Origin: Octopus sinensis
Lineage: Eukaryota
Assembly: GCF_006345805.1 (NCBI RefSeq)
Contig: NC_043013.1
Location: 58,900,001 to 58,964,000 of the forward strand
DNA length: 64,000 nt
Direction of reading: 5' to 3'
In this document: piece after piece, positions 40,009 through 51,240 of the stretch
Numbering within the stretch: the stretch's first letter is position 1
How the letters are laid out: each line of letters opens with the position of its first letter
The notes under the pieces: model-generated
Databases searched by the model: none
Told to the model about the DNA's origin: nothing
Seen by the model: only the letters and a program-made list of their open reading frames with translations
Position numbers and translations under genes: made by a program

Positions 40009-40350
40009 ATGGGCTCTAGTGACTCAGCGGAGATAACGAATCTGGTGGGAGCATACTTATTAAAATGCATAAACAGAGATATCCCTGAGTTACAAGGTGG
40101 TCTATATAGGGATGATGCTTTGTTTGTTGTACCTAGCAATAGTAAATCAAGTATTGAGAGGATAAAAAAGAAAATTAGCAAATTTTTCCAAGATTCTAAC
40201 CTAGGCATTACTTATGAACCTAACACTAAGATAGTTAATTTCCTAGACGTTACTTTAGACCTAAATTCAAAGTTACATTACCCATTTAGAAAGGAGGGCG
40301 AAGTCACTAGATATGTAAGTAAGTCATCTAATCACCCCCGAATATACTAA
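40009..40350 (+). pseudogene. PLE2 RT palm fragment
   Basis: 113-aa ORF with MGSSDSAE, YRDD and FLDVTL motifs. Confidence 0.9.
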
Positions 40351-40970
40351 AATCATTAGTTAAAAATATTTCCCAAAGAATTTCAAAAAAATCATCAAAT
40401 AGTAAGATCTTTAACTCTAACCATTACAATATCGCATTATCCAAGGCGGGATATGACCAGGAAATCACCTTTCTTGATATGGATAGCTCAAATCTCCCAA
40501 ATAATGAAGTGAATGTAAATGACATAATATAAACTCTCATACCCCACATAAACGTAAATTAATGGAGAAAAAGAACCTAGTGTATAAACCTAATTATAGG
40601 AATAAAAATAGGGAACAGATCATAAATAAATATGAAAATGCTAACCTAGGTAAACCCGATAGGCATAAAAATAGTACTAAAAGGAATAATAATTCTCGTA
40701 CGAATACTGATAACACTAATCCTTCCCACAATTGTGCGATCTCGACGAATGTGTACAGTGGATTTAAATCTATACTGGAAAAAAATTTCCCAGCCTCCCA
40801 TAAATATCAGAAAATAATTTCTAGGATATCAGTAAGAATTTCAAATTCCACTCTCCCAAACATGGCTACCATAATAGCTGGACTTAATAGTAAAAACATT
40901 AAGTTAGCCAGGAGTAGAATGAATAGTAACAACAATGATAGTAATAATAATTGTAATAATAGCATTAACA

Positions 40971-41001
<31 letters not shown>

Positions 41002-41014
41002 TGGCAATAATAAA

Positions 41015-41073
<59 letters not shown>

Positions 41074-41099
41074 TAATAAAAATAATATTAATAATGATG

Positions 41100-41136
<37 letters not shown>

Positions 41137-41167
41137 TAATAATAATAATAATAATAATATAATAATG

Positions 41168-41201
<34 letters not shown>

Positions 41202-41428
41202 CATTGATGTAAATAGTGATAATAACAATGCCAATAATATAGGTAGTATAGATAAAAGTATGGTAGGTGATGATGGTGAGGATGGATTAATAACTAGTAA
41301 CCCTAATTTGAATAACAACGTATTTACTAATAATGAAAGTAATACTAATACTAATAATAATTTAAATAACAGTAATGTAAGTGGGCTGTCCTTAAATAAT
41401 TCCAGAACCGAACACTATCCCCCCCGGT

Positions 41429-41810
41429 TGTAATTGTAGGATTAGATCAAAATGTCCGATATCTGGTCGTTGTTTGGTCCAAAACGTAATTTATAAATGC
41501 ACGATAATAACTTCTAACAGCTTTCTTTATTTCAGATGTTCGGTGGATCTTAAAAGACGTCTTAACAATAATTTTTCCTCTTTTAGGCAGGTTGCACAAC
41601 ACTATCTAGCAAAATTTGGGAACTAAAAACAAATAATATAGTATTCAACCTAAAATGGGATATAGTTAGAAGGGCGCAAATAGTAGGGAAGGTTGTCAAC
41701 TTTGTTCTATGGAAACTTATGAAATTTTAAAACATTTGTTGAATAATCGTCTGGAGTTGGGAGCATCTTGTATACATTGCACAACCCGAACGTTTAAATA
41801 CTTTAAATAA
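41429..41810 (+). pseudogene. PLE2 CxC/Zn linker and GIY-YIG endonuclease remnant
   Basis: Manual translation beginning CNCRIRSKCP and ending CQLCSMETYEILKHLLNNRLELGASCIHCTTRTFKYFK*. Confidence 0.8.
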
Positions 41811-42715
41811 TAATTTTGTGAGTATGGCTTGTTGTAGGGTCCGGGTAGTGTTGTTGAACAAGTAATACTTAATATACTATTTTTACTATTTTCATTAATT
41901 TTATTTGATTCATGAAGTATAGATAATTCCTGTATTTCATTAATAAATTCATTTTAGCCTTTTTCATTTATGGTTTTATTCTATTTTTCCACGCAACGTC
42001 TCCACGAGTTTTATTTCTTATAGACGCTAAGAACTATTATTTACGTTTATAATCAAGCGATATCTTCTCAACTAACTTAACGTTCTTTTCTCCTTTTCGT
42101 TTGGATTTTGTATTATGATGTTTAGCTGTGGTTAATTTTGTTATTAATAGGTGTCTGTTATTTTTTAGTTGGGTGTCTCCATATTGTTCTTTGGTTCTAA
42201 TATTTGTGCACCTTTCTTTAATTTGGGGGTTGATAGGTTTTCTTACTTTCCATTAAAATATTATTCTCACTAATTGATAGATATAAGTTACGATAGATAT
42301 TAATTCCATTTTTTTAAAATATATATATATATATTTATATATAAAGGGATCTAATGAATTACATTTAATTTAAGAATTTATTTAGTCAGACAATATATTA
42401 TTTAATTATTAGGTGGCTTATTTATTTGTAATATTAAATTTTAAGTTAATTTGGTATTATATTTAGTCAGCTTTTTTTATAGATTCTTATATAAAATCTA
42501 GAGATACTACACATGTATATTGATTATATGGTTAGCTTATTTAAGGAGTTTGTCTATATTTGAACCATTTCTTATTTTGATTACAATTTAATGACTTGTA
42601 CTAGCTTGGTGTATTTAATTTAATTTTAAAGTATTTAATAATTTAACTATATTGTTTTAGTTTTCATTTATGTATATTTAGTATTTTCATATATATATAT
42701 ATATATTATATATAT

Positions 42716-42759
<44 letters not shown>

Positions 42760-43176
42760 TCATGCATTTACATATGTATATATGTATATATATGTATATA
42801 TATATGTATATATGTATATATTGTCTGTGTGTGTGCGCACACATTCATGCGTAAGGTAGTTACTTAACTATTTTTCAGTTTGTCACAAAAGCGGGATTAC
42901 TATTACTGGAAACAGTCCTTCGTGACAGTAACCAAAACAACTCACATGACTACTCGAAATTCGTTGCTCGCTTTCTGAGATCGTGCACAGGGAGCGTGTT
43001 ACAGTGGCAAATTTGCGAGAATGACACATCTTTGCCCAAGTTATTTTACATTCACGCATGCACATACATATATGCAATTATATATATTTACATAATCATG
43101 TATATATATCTCATTTAATATATATATATTAAATTATATTTATTAATTAATTATTTTATTGTTCTAGTTTATTTTC

Positions 43177-43273
43177 AACCTGATGAGTGACTATATTTAT
43201 ATTGAAGTGATTTCTCTACCACTATAATCATTTCTTAAATATAGCCACGAAACACGTGTCGTTATTCTACAAT
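43177..43273 (+). ncRNA. Type I hammerhead ribozyme with extended stem II
   Basis: CUGAUGA 43180-86; stem II GUGACUAUAUUUA/UAAAUAUAGCCAC (one A.C mismatch) plus inner GAAGUGAUU/AAUCAUUUC; GAAA 43249-52; stem III C-ACGU-G with palindromic loop; GUC cleavage triplet ending at 43260; short stem I AAC/GUU. Confidence 0.85.
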
Positions 43274-43523
43274 TTATATGCGTTATTATTATTTTTTTTT
43301 TTTAAATTTACTTAATCATTGACATTTTATTGTTATTTTAATGTTAATATTTCTATTATATGTACTTTTCTAGATGGTGTAATTTAATTGTTCATTTTGA
43401 ATTGATAAAAGGTGTTTTTTTTCTAATTTTATATATATATTATATTATGTGAAATTTGATTAGTATTTCTAAATTGAATTTTTTCCTTGTAAGTTTTGGA
43501 TTTATTCCCTCAAATATTAATAA

Positions 43524-43607
<84 letters not shown>

Positions 43608-43610
<3 letters not shown>

Positions 43611-44011
43611 GAGTGGCTGTGTGGTAAGTAGCTTGCTAACCAACCACATCGTTGCGGGTTCAGTCCCACTGCGTGGCATCTTGGGCAAGTGTCTTCTGCT
43701 ATAGCCCCGGGCCGACCAATGCCTTGTGAGTGGATTTGGTAGACGGAAACTGAAAGAAGCCCGTCGTATATATGTATATATATGTGTGTGTGTGTGATTG
43801 TGTGTCTGTGTTTGTCCCCTAGCATTGCTTGACAACCGATGCTGGTGTGTTTACGTCCCCGTCACTTAGCGGTTCGGCAAAAGAGACCGATAGAATAAGT
43901 ACTGGGCTTACAAAGAATAAGTCCCGGGGTCGATTTGCTCGACTAAAGGCGGTGCTCCAGCATGGCCACAGTCAAATGACTGAAACAAGTAAAAGAGTAA
44001 AAGAGAAAGAG
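43608..44011 (+). mobile_element. Young family A SINE
   Basis: CAGGAGTGGCTGTGTGGTAAG head through to the GAAACAAGTAAAAGAG tail; CpG-rich. Confidence 0.92.
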
Positions 44012-44189
44012 TAATATATATATATATATATAAGACTGAGCATGAAAGCGAGGTGCGAGCAGGCACAAGCACAACAAACACAACAGTGTTGCCAATAACC
44101 GGACGCACAGTCTGCCTGCGTCCCCAGCGCTTTGGAGACCTTAATTTTGAGATTACTCTCGTATGGACACATATATATATATGTGTGTG

Positions 44190-44227
<38 letters not shown>

Positions 44228-44637
44228 CATAGGTCAAACTACAGCGTTTAACCCGGTCATAAAAACAAAACAAATAGTGCAACAGGTGTAAAACAACTTC
44301 CTCTAAACGAATATGAAAAAAAATGCACGCTCGCGAAAGGGGGAGGGGGAGAGGACTCGGAATATTCACATCGTGAATGTTCCGGGTCTGATCCGGGCAC
44401 AAAAACAAAAGAAATTCACATTTTCAGTCCATGGCCTTTAAACTATAGTGTTTGACCCGGGCCGGAAAAAATAGTGTAATTGGTGTAAAACTACTTGTTG
44501 ATTATCAAGAACATACACACGCACACACACACAGAAATGGTTGGTTCAAGGCAAGTGTGTATTGAACTGAATTTAAATAAGCAAGAAAGATATTATCAAA
44601 GAAAAGGCCATAGCACCATCTTTAGTATCTGTTGTTA

Positions 44638-44704
<67 letters not shown>

Positions 44705-44706
<2 letters not shown>

Positions 44707-45009
44707 TCAGTAGTTTTATTATTCAGTAGTTTTATTTTTATAGCGTGCTTTCACTTCACTACCGAGCGCAGCTCTGTGTGCCTTGGGTATGTGCTGTGAT
44801 TTGTTGTGATGCTCTGATGGTTATTGTATGGAAAGTGTTCTGCGTAGGATGTGTGCAGTGCCTAGTAGTGCAATTTTCTGTATGTTATATGTGTTTGTAA
44901 GTCCTGGTGTTTTTGTTATGTATTTGTCTGAATATTTTTTTATCATGCCTAATGCACCTACTATGATAGGAATTGTTTCTGTTTTTAGATTCCACATTCT
45001 GGTTACCTC

Positions 45010-45010
<1 letters not shown>
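44705..45010 (-). mobile_element. Severely 5'-truncated R4/Dong 3' end between (TAA)n tracts
   Basis: EVTRMWNLKTETIPIIVGALGMIKK..IQKIALLGTAHILRRTLSIQ* plus 3'UTR; (ATT)n at 44640-44703 and 45010-45082. Confidence 0.88.
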
Positions 45011-45082
<72 letters not shown>

Positions 45083-45463
45083 GGGTTGAATGTGTGTGAA
45101 TGTGTGTGTGTGTGGTGAAGTTATTAATATCAATATCAATAGATTAACCAACACCATTGAAGTGAAATACTAGTTTCTATACTTTTGGTTTGGCACTGCT
45201 GAATTGAGTCAAAGACCATATAATACAAGTCAACAGAAAAAGAAAAATGCGATATTCATAACAGTAAAGAAATAAGAACTCCTCCAAACAGTAACCCTTG
45301 TGTTTAAAATCTCCCTAACAAAAAGAAGAGAGGTTATTTGGCTATGGACTACATTGATCTTTTCATGTTGTGGTTTAGCCAAAAAGTTTGCTCAAATCAA
45401 GTAAACTTATGAACCAAAGGTAGCCTAGCCATGACCACCTCAATGGTTCTCTTTCTTTTTGTC

Positions 45464-45828
45464 AGACATGGCTGTGTGGTTAAGATGGTTTCAACTTCAG
45501 TTCCACTGCATGGCACTTTGGGCAAGTGCCTTCTACTCTACCTGACCCCAGGTTGACCAGTGCCCAGTGAGAGGATTTGGTAGATAGAAACTGTGGAAGT
45601 CTGTTGTATGTATGTGTGTGTGTGTCTTTGTACCCCACTCTCACTACTTGACAACTGGCTTTGGTTTGTTTACATTCTTGTAACTAAGCAGTTCAGCAAA
45701 AAAGTCCAACAGAATTTAAACCAGAGTTTTAAAAAAATAAGCATTGGAGCTGATTTGTTTGAGTAAAATCCTTTAAGGCAAAGCCCGAGCATGGCTGCAG
45801 TCCAATGACTGAATCAAGTAGAAGAGAG
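45464..45828 (+). mobile_element. Old CpG-depleted family A SINE
   Basis: Colinear with the 43608 copy, with CG converted to TG/CA throughout. Confidence 0.8.
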
Positions 45829-47982
45829 TGGTGTACCAAAGATTATATTATTCAATGTGTTCTAATGCTCTTCTTGAGTTATTGCAAGTGAACATGTGCT
45901 ATAAAGACATGAGTAGAAAAGAAGCTCCAGAGTGAAAGGATTGAGCATGATTTTTAAAGAAGAAGAGAGACAAGAGTAAGAAATGCCTGATTGAGATGGT
46001 GCAAACCTCAGCCAGGTCTGAAGATAAGTTGTAATTTTGTTGTTTATATCTAAAACCTGGACTGCTTGTTTATACCCAAGAAATGGACTTGCTGTTTGTA
46101 CTGAAGAAATATGCAACGCACAGGTTATAATTATTTCTATAACATAATAATTTAAATGTATGTTAAAGAGAATTTAATAACACAAACTGTCTGCATAAAG
46201 AATTTTTTTTTTTTGTTTTTGTGCCCGAGTAAGACCCCGAACATTCACGATGTGAATTTTCCGAGTCCTCTCCCCACCCCACTTTCACGAGAGCGCATTT
46301 GTTTTGTCATATTCGTTTAGAGGAAGTTGTTTTACACTATTTTTTTTATGACCGGGTCAAGGTTTTGGTCGGTCAGTTCAACATTGATCATCTTTTACTT
46401 TCAATCTTCAAAATGCAATAAAATAAAAAAAAGAAACAAACAAATATTGTAGCTGATTTGAGTTGTAGACAGCCTACCCACAAATATGACACCTAAAGGC
46501 ACCAGTGCTATAATTATTTCAACACCAACTTCATTACCACCACAACTGTCATCACCATCAACCCCATCGCTATCAGTAATGCTAACAACACCTGATCAAC
46601 ACCATTGTGAATCCCCACCTCCAGGAACACCGCTACCACTATCGTCACTCGTTTCAGCTTTTAACACAATAGCGTCACAACTACTCCTAGCACTGTCGCC
46701 ACCACCACCACCACTGCCTATCACACCCAGAGGCATGTAACACCCCCTCACACACACCAACACCCTCCACTACCAAAGTCATCACTGCTGCTCTTCTCAC
46801 TACTAACATCACCACCACAAACATTATCACCATCATCAGCACCTCCAAAACAGTTATCACAGTTATCACCATCATACTACAATCGTCATCATTATCATAA
46901 ACAGCACAACCCTCTATCCCTATCCCATTCAAAACAGCATCACTACCACGCTTACAACCATCATTACAATAAGCACCACCGCCCTACTGCTGCCTATACT
47001 TTACAGTAGTAATTATATTCACAGTTCATTTGTATGCAAATTCTGTTATGCAAGCCCCAGTATCGGTCTTTTGAAAGAACTTTTGGCTGCTGCCGTTACT
47101 GCTGCTGCTGCTGTTGCTGCTTGTGTTGATGTCAAAATTGGTATGGATAGTATTGTTGTTGGTGTTGTTGTTCAATTCAAAATTTAAACTTGCAAGCATT
47201 CTACAAGAATGTAGAATATGTGTATTTCCTCATGGAAGCAAAATTGACAGGAAACATGACCTACTTAACTTTTATTACAACAGTTAAAGCTTTGTTAATT
47301 AGCTTCAAGCCAATGGTGACAGCTGATAATTCGGTATACTGCTCAGAATTAACTGGTCTACACATATTGGTATAAATGCTCCATGCCGATCGCAATATCA
47401 AAATTAGCTTACATCTCTGAGTAACTGTCGTCGAGGAAATATCAAACCCTACTGGAAGGGCGGAAAACTGAGATCAGATCTGCCATAGCACATGCAGTAT
47501 CTGCCTCTGTAAAGATCTGCCTCTGAAATATCACACCTTCAAGAATACCAAGAAAATGACTGACATCAACAGCATATGAATAATATAATAATTGGTGTCT
47601 CAATGATAGTAAATCATCCACGTGACAAAAACTGACTAATGGAGGTTTAAATGCTCTTCCCAAGAAGATATTGCAAATTTCTTTTGAATTCTTTCTACCT
47701 TGTCTCTGATGATCTAGTCCCGCGTAAGTTTGAGGAGATGAGACAAATAGTTATTATATATGTGTAACTATTCAAACGTGTTGACTGCTAATTTCTTTCG
47801 CTTGTTCACTCACTCGCGTTAGTGCTCCAAAGTTCGTGAAGCTCTTCCTAAAACAAGAATTAAACATTTGAAAATGTGGCGACAATCAATTTATACTCGT
47901 TGAAAATATTTTAATTCCATCAAGGAAGCTTTATTTAATAAACATTATCGGAGACATAAAATGTAATATGATACACAAAATG

Positions 47983-48022
<40 letters not shown>

Positions 48023-48386
48023 TATATACGCACACACAGTTCGACACATGCTTTGATTTTTGGAAAATACAACATTGAACAAAGGATATTCCAACATTTG
48101 AATAAAACCATTTCACTTTGATTTGTGGAACCAGTTGCTCCTGTATGATAAAATTTAATATCTATTTAATCAGTGAGATATTAGACTAAATCAGTTGAAG
48201 ATCAGACAACAGACTCAGTAGTTGTCGGTTTGTATTCTGTCATTTGTAACTTCAACACAGGAGAGTCTCTCTTTTTCAAGTATGGACTTTATGAAATTTT
48301 ACTCATCATACATTGAAGGACAAATCTTTCAATTTACAACTTAATATAGTTGAACATTTAGTATATATGTGTATATATATATATAT

Positions 48387-48466
<80 letters not shown>

Positions 48467-48467
48467 A

Positions 48468-48625
48468 CTTTATTTTAAGCAGCAGAAAATTCAACAAAAT
48501 CTGTTACTCTGAGTTTCTCGTTGCCGTTCATCAGACAGTTTTTGCTAGCAAAAACTGTCTGATGAACGGCAACGAGAAACTCAGAGTAACAGATTTTGTT
48601 GAATTTTCTGCTGCTTAAAATAAAG
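48468..48625. repeat. Perfect 158-bp palindrome (79-bp arms, no spacer) next to (TA)n
   Basis: Centre tttgct|agcaaa at 48546/48547; the arms are exact reverse complements. Confidence 0.97.
48551..48597 (+). ncRNA. Minimal type I hammerhead motif (mirror copy on the minus strand at 48496-48542)
   Basis: Stem I AAAACUGU/ACAG(A)UUUU; CUGAUGA 48559-65; stem II A-CG-GCAA-CG-A (A.A mismatch at the base); GAAA 48576-79; stem III CU-CAG-AG; GUA cleavage triplet ending at 48588. Confidence 0.7.
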
Positions 48626-48700
48626 CATATTACTCTACCACTGGTATTTGAGTACTCTTTTTTCCACCTTGTTTCACATTTATGTGTTTACTCCGGTATA

Positions 48701-48771
<71 letters not shown>

Positions 48772-48939
48772 TACCTATTATATACATTATATTATTTTTG
48801 TAATTTACTTAATCTTTAATTTTTAATTGTCATTTTAATTTTAACTTTTCTATGATATGCAATTTTCTAGATGGTGTAATTTAATTGTTCATTTTGAATC
48901 GATAAAAGGTGTTTTTTTTCTAATATTTTATCTATAAGC

Positions 48940-48973
<34 letters not shown>

Positions 48974-48976
<3 letters not shown>

Positions 48977-49025
48977 GGTGCCCCAGCATGGCCACAGCTC
49001 ATAAGCTGAAACGAGAATCAATCAA
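48974..49025 (+). mobile_element. Isolated LINE/SINE 3' terminal fragment
   Basis: GGCGGTGCCCCAGCATGGCCACAGCTCATAAGCTGAAAC followed by (AATC)n; similar to the family A SINE tail and the CR1 3' end at 55600-55645. Confidence 0.6.
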
Positions 49026-51024
49026 TCATATAGTGGTATAAATATCAACACAATTTTTCTCCTTCCTCCCTTTTTCTCTCTCTTCCCTTCTCCAAACTCA
49101 CAGACACCCACACACACACGCGCGCGCGCACATACACACAGACACACACACACCTCCACAAAACAATCATAAAACGAATTCTTCTCTAAACCCAAAAAAA
49201 ACATTTGACCATCCCTCATTAAACACACACACACTCTCTCACAATGATAAAAAGAAATATAATTTATGGTCTACCTCCCCGACACCACACACTCAGTGAC
49301 TCTGTGAAATGGTCAAAACTGAAATTCTTTTTTCCCAAGATCTTAGGACCCCCTTGGAGTCAATATCCTCTCCAGCAGACCCAAAAAATTCTTTTCTTCT
49401 TCTTCCCTCTCCCTTTTCTTTTTCTTTAGCACTCATCCCAAATACAAAAACACACACACGAACACACACATACACACACACACATGTTCTCTCTCTCACT
49501 TTCTCCTCATCCATCACCCTCTTGTACTGTCTTATATTCCTCCCCACCACTACAAACTCAATACCACTATAAAATGGTCAAAACTCCTCACACGGGAACT
49601 TAGTTTGATTTGAAAGCCCCACTAGAATGGGAGAAAGCGCTAATACATGATCTAAGTTATATGATGTATAAAAAATGTAATATACAAATAAATATCTGTA
49701 AATATAAACCATCCGATTTTCTGAGTACCTCATTTCTTCTAATATATATATATATTTATACAGATGCAGATACATATATATCTGGATATAGATATCAATT
49801 AAACTCACCTTCAATGTGCATTGTTATTGCGGAATCAGTGTGCGTACAAAAATATCTTTGTCTTGTTACGGTCTTTACTTCCTGTTTACATATTTTTCGT
49901 CGTCAACTTTCTGACGCCGATTAAATAAAGAGCAAAATACCTTTATGATGTGTCCCAGTATGACTGCAGTCTGTTGACTGAATGTGGTAAATGAAGTATA
50001 ACAAATTTAGATCGATTTTGCTCTACTTATTATTTAGTTGTTTGTCGTATTTTGGCAAATATTCTGTAAATTTACTTCTCAGACTAATGAAGAATTTCCT
50101 TTCATATTTATCCTTGATTTACTTGACATTTGACAGCTAGAGAGTTGTTTTATATCATATTTACATATTTCTGATTCTATCTTAAATACTTCCAAATTTT
50201 GTCATTCATACATTTAGTACATTCTTTTATTCGTCGTTATTAAAAAAAAAAATATTATCTTCAAAAATAAAATTCTTACTGCTTAATAATATTCATGATG
50301 AGGATGATAACGACGATGATTATTATTATTATCGTTGTTGTTGTCACCAGAGCTTGATGTGTATTTCGGAGCTCCGCAAGTGTGTGCCTTGTTTACCTCT
50401 AAAAAGATTGTTAGTGTTACATTTTATTATTATAACTTGTGAATAAGTTAATCCAGACCATATTGGTCTGATTAATAGGGTTATTTATTTGTTTATCTAT
50501 TTATTTGACCTACTGGGCAAAAATCACACGAAAAGAAAATTAATTTTCCCCTCAAAATTTTCAAAATTCGATATGGCGTCGTCGTCTTTGTCAGCGAGTC
50601 AACAAGAGAGGGAAGTGGGAGGAGATGTAGGACGCAAAATTGTCTTTTGCCGTCGGCTCCACTCACTCTAGATGTAGCAACAGCATGATAACAACAACAA
50701 CCACAGAGTCAAGAGTAATGAGAATTCGATCAAGGAAACATGAAATATGACTAGCAGCAGCCAATTGTGCAAGAAAAATATCACCACCACCACCACTACT
50801 ACCACCACACAAATCAGTAAAATTTCGAACAAAGAACTGGAAGGTTCAAATTGAAATAATGTTTCCTTCGCAAAGTTACAAATAAGTTTGAAATTACGTC
50901 GTTAAAGGATAAAAAAGAAAATTTAAAGGAAACCTTGGTCATTGCTAAATGAACTTGAAGGCTCTTCAATTCCATGTTTTGCTTCCACACCTGGAATTTC
51001 TTTTACACTGTGTTACAGATTCCA

Positions 51025-51240
51025 CTACTGGAGTGAAACCATCAACATATAGTAGCTCTTAGGGCAAGCAGTTTTGAAGTCCTCCGTTATGGCCTGTAGG
51101 ATGATGATGAATGAGATGAGATTGAGAACCGAACCCTGGTAAATACCTAGCTGTACACTAAATTTGTCATTGTACTCATGGTGAAATGTCTTGTTACTGA
51201 GAGTACCCTTGTACATAGCCTTGCCGATTTCACAAGCTAT
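51025..51240 (-). mobile_element. RTE-clade LINE RT fragment
   Basis: FSVQLGIYQGSVLNLISFIIILQAITEDFKTACP resembles the RTE GVHQGSVLSPLLF..EEF..GCPW block. Confidence 0.7.

Larger units (their letters stand above)
39140..41810 (+). mobile_element. Penelope-like retroelement 2 (EN+, YRDD-type RT, C-terminal GIY-YIG), near full length, disrupted, starting at a (TA)n tract
   Basis: AFEKDLLDL..IKF, ILVPADKTGNLY, FICPTKSDIGRLSK, FDINNYYSSI, MGSSDSAEITNLVG, GGLYRDDALFV, VNFLDVTLDL, YPFRK..SNHP, linker KNFPASHKY..STLPNM, then CNCRIRSKCPISGRCLVQNVIYKC..LKRR..CQLC..E..LNNRLE...CIH*. Confidence 0.9.
44252..46356. mobile_element. Putative piggyBac-like non-autonomous element: ~160-bp TIRs around ~1.8 kb of cargo
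   Basis: Left TTAA|CCCGGTCATAAAA (TTAA at 44248-51); right TTTTATGACCGGG|TCAA (46357-60); arms 44252-44416 and 46200-46356 are clearly homologous in inverted orientation. Confidence 0.55.

Noticed and set aside
43608-43680. tRNA gene calls at SINE heads
   Set aside because: A/B-box-like motifs continue into SINE body and tail; no complete cloverleaf
47440-47560. TCSICLCKD..KYHT resembling a piggyBac C-terminal Cys-rich domain
   Set aside because: Requires frameshifts, is very short, and lies outside the TIR pair
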